A stretch of DNA of 62,342 nt from Macrostomum lignano (taxonomy: Eukaryota): the NCBI GenBank assembly GCA_002269645.1, contig NIVC01000488.1, positions 1-62,342 on the forward strand, given 5' to 3'. Below the pieces are notes generated by a model. The model did not search any database. It was not told the DNA's origin and saw only the letters and a list, made by a program, of their open reading frames with translations. Position numbers and translations under genes: made by a program. Positions 10,801-22,469 of this stretch are shown in pieces. The first letter of the stretch is position 1, and each line of letters begins with the position of its first letter.

Positions 10801-13276
10801 GGCTGCCAGCCACCTTCAGCAGCTTCGGATTCGTTCAATCGCGGCATATTAAACAGTCGAAGCTGATTGTCTGCCGAATTTGTCAACAGGCAGAGCCCAT
10901 CGGGAGAGAATTTACAGCCACGAAAGTAGTTGCTATCGCGAACCAGAGTGAATGCTGACAGCTCGGCTGGGGGCCGCGAGCTGCTGGGGTTTAACGAGTT
11001 GTACAGAGCGCGGAGCTCGTCCGCTGCTGATACACCGACTGTGGCAGCGTCATCCGCCCCTGCAGTCCTCTGGGCGGCGTCATCCGCCCCTGCAGTCCTC
11101 TGGGCGGCGTCATCCGCCCCTGCAGTCATCTGGGCGGCGTCATCCGCCCCTGCAGTCCTCTGGGCGGCGTCATCCGCCCCTGCAGTCCTCTGGGCGGCGT
11201 CATCCGCCCCTGCAGTCCTCTGGGCGGCGTCATCCGCCCCTGCAGTCCTCTGGGCGGCGTCATCCGCCCCTGCAGTCCTCTGGGTGGCGTCATCCGCCCC
11301 TGCAGTCCTCTGGGCGGCGTCATCCGCCCCTGCAGTCCTCTGGGTGGCGTCATCCGCCCCTGCAGTCCTCTGGGTGGCGTCATCCGCCCCTGCAGTCCTC
11401 TGGGCGGCGTCATCGGCCCCGAAGCCAGCTGTTCTTCAACCGCCGCGGCATCCAAAGACGCGAACGCCTCCAATGACACGGCAGCCGCAGCGGCTACTGT
11501 TGAATCAATTCTGGCGAGTTTCACCGACGGGGTTGACGGATCTTGGGCGTCGGCGGCGGCCCAGTCCCAGCTGAGCTCCCAGTCTCTGGGGAATTCAGTG
11601 TGTGCGAGAATTGAAACCATTTTAAAGGTTGGGATGGGAGATTCTTGGGGTCGGGATGGGAGATTCTTGGGGTCGGGATGGGAGATTCTTGGGGTCGGGA
11701 TGGGAGATTCTTGGGGTCGGGATGGGAGATTCTTGGGGTCGGGATGGGAGATTCTTGGGGTCGGGATGGGAGATTCTTGGGGTTGGGATGGGAGATTCTT
11801 GGGGTCGGGATGGGAGATTCTTGGGGTCGGGATGGGAGATTCTTGGGGTTGGGATGGGAGATTCTTGGGGTTGGGATGGGAGATTCTTGGGGTCGGGATG
11901 GGAGATTCTTGGGGTTGGGATGGGAGATTCTTGGGGTTGGGATGGGAGATTCTTGGGGTCGGGATGGGAGATTCTTGGGGTTAGGATGGGAGATTCTTGG
12001 GGTTGGGATGGGAGATTCTTGAGGTTGGGGATGGGAGATTCTTGGGGTTGGGATGGGAGATTCTTGGGGTTAGGATGGGAGATTCTTGGGGTTAGGATGG
12101 GAGATTCTTGGGTGTGGTGGGAGATTCTTGAGGTGGGATTGGAGATTCTTGAGGTGGGATTGGAGATTCTTGGGGTTGGGATGGGAGATTCTTGGGGTGT
12201 GGTGGGAGATTCTTGAGGTGAGATGGGAGATTCTTGGGGTGTGGTGGGAGATTCTTGAGGTGAGATGGGAGATTCTTGGGGTGTGGTGGGAGATTCTTGA
12301 GGTGAGATGGGAGATTCTTGAGGTGAGATGGGAGATTCTTGAGGTGAGATGGGAGATTCTTGAGGTGGGATTGGAGATTCTTGGGGTTGGGATGGGAGAT
12401 TCTTGGGGTTGGGATGGGAGATTCTTGAGGTTGGGGATGGGAGATTCTTGGGGTTGGGATGGGAGATTCTTGGGGTTGGGATGGGAGATTCTTGAGGTGA
12501 GATGGGAGATTCTTGGGGTGTGGTGGGAGATTCTTGAGGTGAGATGGGAGATTCTTGAGGTGGGATTGGAGATTCTTGGGGTTGGGATGGGAGATTCTTG
12601 GGGTTGGGATGGGAGATTCTTGAGGTTGGGGATGGGAGATTCTTGGGGTTGGGATGGGAGATTCTTGGGGTTGGGATGGGAGATTCTTGAGGTTGGGGAT
12701 GGGAGATTCTTGGGGTGTGGTGGGAGATTCTTGGGGTGAGATGGGAGATTCCTGGGGTGTGGTGGGAGATTCTTGAGGTGGGGTTGGAGATTCTTGGGGT
12801 TGGGATGGGAGATTCTTGGGGTGTGGTGGGAGATTCTTGAGGTGGGGTTGGAGATTCTTGAGGTTGGGGATGGGAGATTCTTGGAGTGTGGTGGGAGATT
12901 CTTGAGGTGAAGTGGGCTTGATTCTCTGCGCTAGAAGCCATTAATGACAATGAGCCCTCAAAACAATTCAGAGACCAGCTCACTTTTCACTAAGTTGGCT
13001 AGACTCCTGTCTACTTCTAATAGAAGCAATTGGAGCAGCAGCAGCACCTTCAGCACCGTGATCAACGTTCATCAGCTGCATTTTGGACCGACAGACCCGA
13101 GGGCCATCGGCGGAACTACTCGAATCTTCTCTTCCTCTAGTAGCAGCAATGCCGCCAATTCTCGCAACCTTCGGTACGGCCAGGTAATGCGAAACAAATA
13201 TGGGCGATTTCGATCGCTCTTCATCAACCGGGATTTCCGCCGCCGCAGCCCCCTCCTGAGGCGGACTTTTATCGGC
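7888..13276 (-). CDS. WRAP53: Telomerase Cajal body protein 1 (WD40 protein WRAP53/TCAB1)
   Basis: Exons 13276-12984, 11585-10756, 9878-9737, 9118-8855 and 8388-7888, phase-compatible. Motifs YFRGCKFSPDGLCLLTNSADN, IYDMCWYPSM, SRDNPVRLWDAFTG, YSLAFSPDG, GGVTQLQFSPCG and TNQRLQFDLDP. One G is missing at 11417-11420. Start codon uncertain (see findings). Confidence 0.9.
8590..8790. repeat. Intronic 30-bp minisatellite (WRAP53 last intron)
   Basis: Tandem TCCCATTCCAGATCCTCAAATCCCATT-type units. Confidence 0.9.
9183..9490. repeat. Intronic 41-bp tandem repeat with an internal hairpin
   Basis: Unit ATGCCATGAGATCTCACCATACGCGGTGGGAACTCACTCAA repeated head-to-tail, with CACC/GGTG inverted pair and GAGATCTC palindrome. 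Confidence 0.92.
9960..10640. repeat. Intronic G-run minisatellite (GGCGATTCTCTGAGGGGGG)n
   Basis: Variable-length units differing mainly in G-tract length; fills WRAP53 intron 10755-9879. Confidence 0.95.
11049..11420 (-). repeat. Coding 30-bp VNTR in WRAP53 exon encoding (TAGADDAAQR)n
   Basis: 12 full units plus a partial one, contiguous and in frame with the downstream WD40 coding sequence; no splice sites flank it. Confidence 0.85.
11626..12910. repeat. Intronic (GGGATGGGAGATTCTTGGGGT)n minisatellite
   Basis: Fills WRAP53 intron 12983-11586. Confidence 0.95.
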
Positions 13277-13388
13277 CTGCGAGTTGCAACAAACAATTGC
13301 TACTATGAGTAGGCGATGTGGCTAATAAAAAGGATTGTCTCATTTAAGCTTATCTGATGTTTGCAAGCGTTTTCAGCATATTTGTGAT

Positions 13389-14384
13389 TAACCCTAGCAA
13401 TGCCCCCCAGTCGGTGTCTAACCCTTAGCAATACCCCTCAGTCAGTGCCTAACCCTTAGCAATACCCAGTCAGTTTCTTACCCTTAGCAATACCCAGTCA
13501 GTGTCTAACCCTTAGCAATACCCCTCAGTCAGTGCCTAACCCTTAGCAATACCCAGTCAGTTTCTAACCCTAGCAATGCCCCTTAGTCAGTGTCTAACCC
13601 TTAGCAATGCCCCTCAGTCAGTGTCTAAATCTTAGCAATGCCCCTCAGTCAGTGTCTAACCCTTAGGAATACCCTCAGTCAGTTTCTAACCCTAGCAATA
13701 CCCCTCAGTCAGTTTCTAACCCTAGCAATACCCCTCAGTCAGTGTCTAAACCTTAGCAATACCCCTCAGTCAGTGTCTAAACCTTAGCAATACCCTCAGT
13801 CAGTGTCTAACCCTTAGCAATACCCTCAGTCAGTGTCTAACCCTTAGCAATACCCCTCAGTCAGTGTCTAACCCTTAGCAATACCCCTCAGTCAGTTTCT
13901 AACCCTAGCAATACCCCTCAGTGTCTAACCCTTAGCAATGCCCCTCAGTCAGTGTCTAACCCTAGCAATACCCTCAGTCAGTGTCTAACCCTTAGCAATA
14001 CCCCTCAGTCAGTGTCTAACCCTTAGGAATACCCTCAGTCAGTGCCTAACCCTAGCAATACCCCTCAGTCAGTTTCTAACCCTAGCAATACCCCTCAGTC
14101 AGTTTCTAACCCTAGCAATACCCCTCAGTCAGTGTCTAAACCTTAGCAATACCCTCAGTCAGTGTCTAACCCTTAGCAATACCCCTCAGTCAGTGTCTAA
14201 CACTAGCAATACCCCTCAGTCAGTTTCTAACCCTAGCAATACCCCTCAGTGTCTAACCCTTAGGAATACCCCTCAGTCAGTGCCTAACCCTAGCAATACC
14301 CCTCAGTCAGTTTCTAACCCTAGCAATACCCCTCAGTCAGTGTCTAGCCTTAGCAATACCTCTCATTCAGCGTCTAACCCTAGC
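13389..14384. repeat. About 30-bp minisatellite with telomere-like core CTAACCCT, probably in a 5' intron of WRAP53
   Basis: Unit GTCAGTGTCTAACCCTTAGCAATACCCCTCA. On the minus strand it starts 7 nt after a GTGACA donor at 14392 and lies upstream of the acceptor at 13277. Confidence 0.9.
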
Positions 14385-15523
14385 TCTGTCACCTTAAATA
14401 TACCTGGAAACGCAAATAAAAAAGCAAGCAAAGACCGGCACTAAGCAAACATATTCCTGTAAACATGAAGCAGGCAACTTGCAAATTTTAACTATATATT
14501 AATAAATAACGTTTTTATATTTAGATGCTTATAGTACTATTAAGATTTTTACCAAAAACTATAATTGTTGGGTTGAAGCACAAGGATTTGGTAGATTAAC
14601 AGAATTAATTGTATCGTATAAGGTTCGTATCTATTATAGAAGTGTTTTCACTGTTGAAAATATTATAATTTGATATAGGACTCCTAGCCATCTACACCCT
14701 TGTGTTACAAATACACAAGGGTTACACGCATATTAAATGCAATTATAGCAATGAAGTTACTCTTCAGAAGAACAGTTTGGAAAAGGAAAGTTTTTTAAAT
14801 AATATTTTAGAGAGTTATTGCCGCCCATGCAAAGTTTATTTCGGAAAGAAAATGAATCGTAGGAACAATTAAGTATTCTATCCACTAATGCCAATCTGAA
14901 GCATTTAACGATCAATCTTGTTATCTTAATAAGATAACTATCTCATCATCTAATCATACCACATTTACCTGGCCAATTATGCCATAAATTTACCTGGCCA
15001 ATTCTATTACCTTTACCTGACCAATTATCAATGATCTCACATTTGCCTAATCAATTTCTATTACCTGACCAATTATATATCTCACCTCACCTACCTAACT
15101 AATTATCTCATTTACCAATTATCCTAAATGCACCTAACCAGTTGTGTCACATAATCAGACGAGTTATTCCACACATTTCTGAATAATCGTCCAATTATTG
15201 AGCATGAATGTGAGTGCTGATCCCACTTCCCCCGATTACATAGCAAATATGTTTAGGCAAAATTATCGGTGATCCATAAACAAATATTAGGGGATATTAG
15301 AGCACTTTAAACTCAAAAAATGCGACGATTGCATAAAAAAGCAGGAAGAAATAAAACAAATAAACCGGGGTACTGATAACACAAACTCAAAGCAAATTTC
15401 CAAGAGATGACAAATTCAAATTATTAGGTACTTCACAAGGAAGAGATGGTTAATGAGCAACCTGTGACCTCACTGGCCAATGGATACTGAAGGTCAATTA
15501 TTGTCCAAATATAGCCTTTACCA

Positions 15524-18500
15524 TCATTCTTCAGCACCAACAGACCGAACGGTGTAAAGAGGCCAGTCTTCTTCATCCTCATCAATACCAACAATTAGGA
15601 AGCGTTTAATCGCATTGATGTCGCCGTTCGCTCCATTCTCCTCAGCCTGCTCAGACTCGAACTGACACCTGCAAGCCAGAGCGGGCAGAGCTGACAGCCG
15701 CAGAGCTTCAGGCATCGCTTGAAACAGTTCAACATCGGCGTCAGCAACCGCCGAGCCTTCGTCAATCAGTACAACACCCGCCGATTTGCCGTGCTCATCG
15801 ATAGATTCAATTTGAGTCCGACGCAATTGCATACTACTGTCGTCAGTAGCATCAGTAGCAGGCGAACGCATCAGAGCTCGGTGCTTTACTACTACAACGC
15901 TGAAATCAAGTCTGGCACCATCTTCCCGCTCACCAGCGGCTTTAGCCAGAGCCTCGGCTAAGCAACCAGTTCGAGCTTCCACCGCGGCTGAATCTTCCCG
16001 TCTGACGTAAAACACTGCATCATCACAGCTTTCATCGTTTTCATTGACCCTAGGAGCAATGCAACCAACGATTGTATCGCCAACGGATAGTCTGAGCTTG
16101 CCTATGTCACCGTCAGCATCTTCCGGCAATATTTGATCTTCATCTTCAACGATCGTTTCATCCAAGTCGTCGCCAGCCTCCGCTATAGCTTCATCATTCT
16201 CTGCTCCAGTCTCAGTGGTAGGTTTCAATTCAACTTCAGCTTCTCCAGCCTCTTCAGCGGCTTCATCGTCACCTCCAGCATCCTTGCCGGCATCGTCAGT
16301 TTCAATCAGCTCCATCAAGAAGTCATTCTCAGTCTGGTCCAAGTTGACAATAAAATCTTGTGCAGCTGTCTCAGCCGAATCGCTTGGCAGCTCAAGAGAC
16401 ACCAGCAGAGGCTTGTCCGACGCGTCCGTTCGTTCGACAAGCGCCGCGCCAGCGTCCGGTTTGAATCGGCCACCCTCAACAGGGCAGCGCAGTTGGCAGC
16501 GAATAGCAAAGGCGGGAACTCGAAACTCGGCTCGGCCGGCCGGCAACGGACGAAGCTGCAGCTCGGCCGGGGTGGCCGCCGATTCCACGTTGCCATAATC
16601 GACAAACAGCACGGAGACGGGGTTGAGGGACAGCACCCGGGCTCTGTACCAAGCCTCTTCGTACACGCCGATGCAGCCGTCACCTTCGGCGAGATCTTCA
16701 ATGCCAAGGCCAGCGACGGTGGCGGAATCCGCGGCCGCGGCCTCCAAGGCCTCCTGCATGCCAGCGAGAGCCTCCTGGTCCGAGTCGCGCTGAAGCCACA
16801 GCATGGCGCTGCAACGATCTTCGGTCAGGTCGGCAACTACAACTACGGCGTCGAAAGCGGCCAAAGAGCCGTCGGAGGCGACCTCGAAATCCGGTATGAC
16901 GTCGCGTTCAACGGCGTCAGTGATGGTTTCGATGATAGTCGGGTCTTCGAATTTCACAATACCGCTGCTGCTAACCGATACGCGAACGCTAGGAGTGACT
17001 TCTGGTTCCGCTTCCGGTTCAGCTTCGGCTTCGTTGACTGTTTCTTCTGTCAGTCCGACAAGCAGTTCGCCAGCGTCCGGCTTGAATCGACACTGGGCGT
17101 CCTTCGGCGGCGCCGGCAGGGTGGCGGGATGGGCCAGTGCTGGCTGGCTGAAGGTGGCGTCCGGAGGCAGGCGGCGCACCTGAGCGGCGATTTCGGAGAG
17201 TTTTTGGAAGCGATTAGTTGAGAAATATTGCTGAGTGATTTTTTCGGAGAGCGTTTTCTCTGAAGCTGCGAATGCTTGTAGATTTCCCGAGGATTCCACA
17301 AGATTTTTTCAAGAATTTCCTGAGAGAATTCCCCTAGAGTTCGCCAAGAGATTTTTTACTGGGATTCCCCTAAATTTTCCTAGGATTCCCTAAGAGATTT
17401 CCACTAGGATTCCCACCGATTTCCTCTTGAATTCCCCAGGAGATTTCACCTAAGATTTTGCGAGAGATTCCCACAGATTTCCCTGTGGAAAGATTTTCCC
17501 TAGGATTCCCCGGCAGATTTCCCCTAGGATTCCCCGGGAGATTTCCCCTAGGATTTCCCGGGAGATTTCCCCTAGGATTTCCCGGGAGATTTCCCCTAGG
17601 ATTCCCCTGGAGATTTCCCCTAGGATTTCCCGGGAGATTTCCCCTAGGATTTCCCGGGAGATTTCCCCTAGGATTCCCCGGCAGATTTCCCCTAGGATTC
17701 CCCGGGAGATTTCCCCTAGGATTTCCCGGGAGATTTCCCCTAGGATTCCCCGGCAGATTTCCCCTAGGATTTCCCCTAGGATTCCCCTGGAGATTTCCCC
17801 TAGGATTTCCCGGGAGATTTCCCCTAGGATTTCCCGGGAGATTTCCCCTAGGATTCCCCGGGAGATTTCCCCTAGGATTTCCCGGGAGATTTCCCCTAGG
17901 ATTCCCCGGGAGATTTCCCCTAGGATTCCCTCTAGATTTCTTCAGGAGATTCCCCAAGGATTCCCCAGGAGATTTCCCCTAGAATTCCCCCAGAACGCAC
18001 CTGTTGAAAAGTGCCGCGCAAGCTTTTAGTCTCCGCATTGCCATAGTCGATATAGAGCAGATCAACGGTGCCAGCCTGTTCGTCGGTGGACAGCACGCGA
18101 GCGCGGTACCAGCCCTCCAGGTAGTAGCCAATGCACACGTCTCCGGCAATCAGTTCGCCGGTGGAGAAACCGGTGGAAGACTCGGCGGCCGGTTCCAACA
18201 GTTCCGACAGTTGCAGCAGGTCCTCCTGACGGTCGGAGCGCTGCAGCCAGACCGTCAGGGAGCCGGAGCCGTCCTCCGCCGGTTTAGACACAGAGATCAC
18301 AGCGTCGAATGGGCCAGCGTCGACTATGTTCTGCGGAAGTTGGTGATAGTGATAAGATATCAATAAGTATTACTTCTTCGATTAATCAGTTACTGCTTGA
18401 ATGGTGATTGATTGATTGATTGATCGCTGAGTTCTGAATTGTGATTGATTGATCGCTGAGTGTCTGAATTGTGATTGATTGATCGCTGAGTGTCTGAATG

Positions 18501-19367
18501 GTGACTGATTTATTGATTGATTGATCGCTGAGTGTCTGAATAGTGATTAATTGATCGCTGAGTGTTTAAATGGTGATTGATTGATCATCTGTCTTAATGG
18601 TGATTGATTGATCATCTGTCTTAATGGTGATTGATTGATCGATCGCTGCGTAAAAAATCGGTAGATAACTGCACATTCTCCCCACACAGGTCACTGACCT
18701 CGGCTGGCGATAATTTCACTCGATGGCGCGGCAGTGACAGCTTAGCGGCCAGTTTCGGCAGGCGGCCAAGCACGTCAATGTCGTTGATTGACAGTCGAAC
18801 GCCGACTGGACCGGCGGCAACAACGGCGGCGGCTGCTGCGGCTGGGTCCTCGTCGCCTTGGCCAGCCACAGGCGGCACAGCAATCTCGGCAGTCACGCCA
18901 GGCCGGTTGAGCAGTTTGCGGAAGCTGGCCAAGGCGCCGGGCCCGTAGTCGGCGTGGTCGCAGCCGGCCAGCGAGCATTCGATTGCGAAAGCCGGCAGCT
19001 CCGTCAGCTGCGCGCCGTTTGGTTGCTTGGCAACAAACTCGGCCGGGACAACGGCGGCATTGCCGTAGTCAATGAAACGAACTAAACAGGCCGAATGCCT
19101 GGGCCAGTCAAGTGCCACGGCCCGGTACCACTCACCGTCGTCTGGGTGCATCGCCAGCAAGCAGGCGGATAGGCAGGCTGGCTCCGCCGGCTCAGACTTG
19201 ATGGCAACCGACTTCAGAGAGAGGGCCTAGCAGGGTTTGGGTTGGATAGATTGATGGATAGACAGATAGATAGACAGACAGATAGATAGATAAATAGATA
19301 GATAGACAGATAGATAGATAGATAGATAGATAGACAGATAGATAGATAAATAGATAGATAGATAGAC

Positions 19368-19398
<31 letters not shown>

Positions 19399-19399
19399 C

Positions 19400-19434
<35 letters not shown>

Positions 19435-19485
19435 CAGATAGATAGATAGATAGACAGATAGATAGATAGATAGATAGATAGACAG

Positions 19486-19516
<31 letters not shown>

Positions 19517-19576
19517 GACAGATAGATAGATAGATGGATAGATAGGTGATTAGAGAGATAAATAGATAGATAGATC

Positions 19577-19624
<48 letters not shown>

Positions 19625-19669
19625 GACAGATAGATAGATAGATGGATAGATAGGTGATTAGAGAGATAA

Positions 19670-19702
<33 letters not shown>

Positions 19703-19750
19703 CAGATAGATAGAAAGATGGATAGATAGGTGATTAGAGAGATAAATAGC

Positions 19751-19790
<40 letters not shown>

Positions 19791-19833
19791 CAGATAGATA
19801 GAAAGATGGATAGATAGGTGATTAGAGAGATAA

Positions 19834-19875
<42 letters not shown>

Positions 19876-19969
19876 GGATAGATAGATGGATAGATAGATA
19901 GACAGATAGATAGATAGATAGATAGACAGATAGATAGAAAGATGGATAGATAGGTGATTAGAGAGATAA

Positions 19970-20015
<46 letters not shown>

Positions 20016-20129
20016 TGATTGATGGATAGATAGATAGATAGATAGATTGATGGATAGATAGATAGATAGATAGATTGATGGATAGATAGATAGATAGATT
20101 GATGGATAGATAGGTGATTAGAGAGATAA

Positions 20130-20206
<77 letters not shown>

Positions 20207-20249
20207 CAGATAGATAGAAAGATAGATAGATAGGTGATTAGAGAGATAA

Positions 20250-20302
<53 letters not shown>

Positions 20303-20465
20303 TAGACAGATAGATAGATAGGTGATTAGAGAGATAAATAGATAGATAAATAGATAGATAGATAGATAGATTGATGGATAGATAGATAGATAGATAGACA
20401 GATAGACAGATGGATAGAAAGACAGATAGATAGAAAGATGGATAGATAGGTGATTAGAGAGATAA

Positions 20466-20518
<53 letters not shown>

Positions 20519-20553
20519 TAGACAGATAGATAGATAGGTGATTAGAGAGATAA

Positions 20554-20610
<57 letters not shown>

Positions 20611-20657
20611 TAGACAGATAGATAGATAGGTGATTAGAGAGATAAATAGATAGATAA

Positions 20658-20694
<37 letters not shown>

Positions 20695-20988
20695 CAGATG
20701 GATAGATGGGTAATTAGATAGATAAGATAAATAGACAGATAAATACAGAGATACAGACAGACAAAAACACAGACAGCTCACCAGTTTCTCCAGCTTAGCC
20801 AGATCAGCTTCCGGAACCACAAAGAAGCAGTTAAGATTCTCAATATGCACAATGCGAATACCAATTTTAGTGCCATTGGGCGGCACAATGGCTTTAGGAT
20901 AGGCGTCAGCAGCTGAGTGAGCGCTGCTGTTGCCATTCACTAATGGAGCGTGCGAGCTGGCCATTTGATACGCCTCAACTGCTGGCAT
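15524..20988 (-). CDS. Multi-Tudor-domain protein (TDRD-like, extended Tudor repeats), about 906 aa, 4 exons
   Basis: Exons 20988-20782, 19226-18699, 18330-18001 and 17179-15524, all phase 0. Three clear Tudor cores ([43 protein letters not shown]) followed by LPAFAI-C-L motifs, plus a degenerate C-terminal copy. No specific orthologue can be assigned. Confidence 0.88.
17330..17995. repeat. Intronic 24-bp minisatellite (TTCCCCTAGGATTTCCCGGGAGAT)n
   Basis: Fills Tudor intron 18000-17180. Confidence 0.95.
18400..18640. repeat. Intronic GTGATTGATTGATCGCTGAGTGTCTGAAT repeat
   Basis: Tandem units in Tudor intron 18698-18331. Confidence 0.85.
19250..20760. repeat. (GATA)n microsatellite with higher-order GGTGATTAGAGA punctuation
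   Basis: Fills Tudor intron 1. Confidence 0.97.
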
Positions 20989-21333
20989 GAAATATTGAAC
21001 AGGTAATGCAAATTGTAGCTGGTTGCTATGCCGCTCTGCAGCACTTTGCGATTCCCTTAATAAGTAGTAGGTTTTGTCTAGTCTAGTAACTACGAGTAAT
21101 TTGAAAAAAAAATAAACAATATTAAAGGCATTCAGAAATCACTAGATTTTTATAACAACCAATAGTTCATTGCGTACTTTTAAAAAATGTGTATTTCAAA
21201 TGTCGCGTTATGAACTCCGGCAAAAAATAAATGATTCAATGATGGGGACACGAAATTAAAATTAATCTATAGATAGCAAAATACATTCATAGTCATAAAA
21301 GTAGTCCAGTCAGGATAACGATGACAAAACTAA

Positions 21334-21759
21334 TTAGGATTTTGGATTGCTAATTGCGGCATAGAAGCAACCCAGCGTGATGCAGCCAATGCAGGCCACT
21401 TGGGCGCCAACTCGCAACTGGATGAGGTACATCTGCAGCGGCAGCTTCCTACTGCGCACCCGCATTAGGTAGTAGGCCACTAGCCCAGTCCACAGGCCAA
21501 CACCGGCGGCGCCAAATTTGTTATCCCTAAGTCGCCTCAACCACACAGAATCTTCACTGTCAGCATAGGAAGAGCTGTCTGCATTGCTGCTACTATTAGT
21601 AGCATCACTGCGTTTGGCGTCCATTGAACGACGAGCTTCAGATAATTTCTTAGCCTCGTCTGGCGTCATTAAACCTCGCTTTGGTTTCTCCTGGTCTGAG
21701 GATGCTTGGGCTCGACTTTGCACCTGCAAGCCTAATAGTCTGCTCAGCTTTAACTGCAT
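21334..21759 (-). CDS. HIG1 (hypoxia-inducible domain) family mitochondrial membrane protein
   Basis: RRLRDNKFGAAGVGLWTGLVAYYL...KLPLQMYLIQLRVGAQVACIGCITLG matches the HIG1 two-helix pattern ending in I.LRV.AQ. The start may be 21759 or a later Met (MTPDEAKK). Confidence 0.85.
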   Translation of the reverse strand: MQLKLSRLLGLQVQSRAQASSDQEKPKRGLMTPDEAKKLSEARRSMDAKRSDATNSSSNADSSSYADSEDSVWLRRLRDNKFGAAGVGLWTGLVAYYLMRVRSRKLPLQMYLIQLRVGAQVACIGCITLGCFYAAISNPKS

Positions 21760-21910
21760 TTTTTACTCTGCTTCTGCGGTGCAAGGTACTGTATGTACTT
21801 TTATTAATTAACGATCATGAATGTAATTTAAAATAGAAAATGAATTAGTTTACAGGTTAAAATATAGGCAGTTTTGCAGTTTAAAGTCACCCAAAAATAC
21901 AGACGTAGTG

Positions 21911-21960
21911 CTAATTAGATGACGAGGCATTTAAGCCTAATGTTACTCTTGCTGTTTACC
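21911..21960 (-). pseudogene. 28S rRNA fragment (H69-H71 region), central part replaced
   Basis: Minus strand GGTAAACAGCAAGAGTAAC-ATTAGGCTT-AAATGCCTCGTCATCTAATTAG; the last 22 nt equal the conserved eukaryotic LSU sequence as I recall it. Confidence 0.8.
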
Positions 21961-22320
21961 AATGTTTCTTTTACAGATAAGTTGCATTTTTGGTCAGTGG
22001 GAGGTTGTACATTTATAAAAATCAGTCATGCAACTTCTAGGCCTATTTTTTGAGAGTTTCAAACAAGTCATTTTGTTTTTTTTTCTTGATATTTTATAAA
22101 TATGCAAATAAGTAGTTTCATTATGACTATATCTACATTTCTTTGTAAGCCTACTTATAATTATAGCTAATTCAAAATGAATTTTTTGTAACCTCCATAA
22201 CTTTCAATGATAATCCAATGATAACAATAGTTCTTTAATTATCTAATATAATAAAGTTATAAAGTTAAAAATGATTAGCAATAATTAAACCTACCATTTA
22301 TCAACAAGCATTCATTCATG

Positions 22321-22390
22321 CAGTGGTGCATCCAAAGAGGGGGGGGGGGGCTTGCCCCCCCCCTTATTAGGCCACGGGCCCCCCTTTAAG
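22321..22390 (+). mobile_element. Solo hAT-type left terminus
   Basis: CAGTGGTGCATCCA followed by G-run/C-run, the same style as the ends of the 39484-44192 hAT; no matching right end found. Confidence 0.35.
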
Positions 22391-22469
22391 CATTGATCTC
22401 ATTGGCTAAGGTGCTGCACAGATATCAGGCAATTTTTATCTAAAACATGTATTAGAATTTTATCCTACA

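Noticed and set aside
9716-12983. Long ORFs such as 9716-10663, 11622-12983, 11629-12216 and 12086-12739
   Set aside because: They are translations of stop-free intronic minisatellites; splice sites bracket them and the WRAP53 exons join without them.
15719-17221. Plus-strand ORFs overlapping the Tudor exon (for example 16133-17221)
   Set aside because: Antisense shadows of a GC-rich coding exon with no independent motif; the same applies to shadows over CPEB, ITPR and the hAT.
17370-17982. PGNPRGNL / GFPGRFPL repeat proteins
   Set aside because: 24-bp intronic minisatellite open on both strands.
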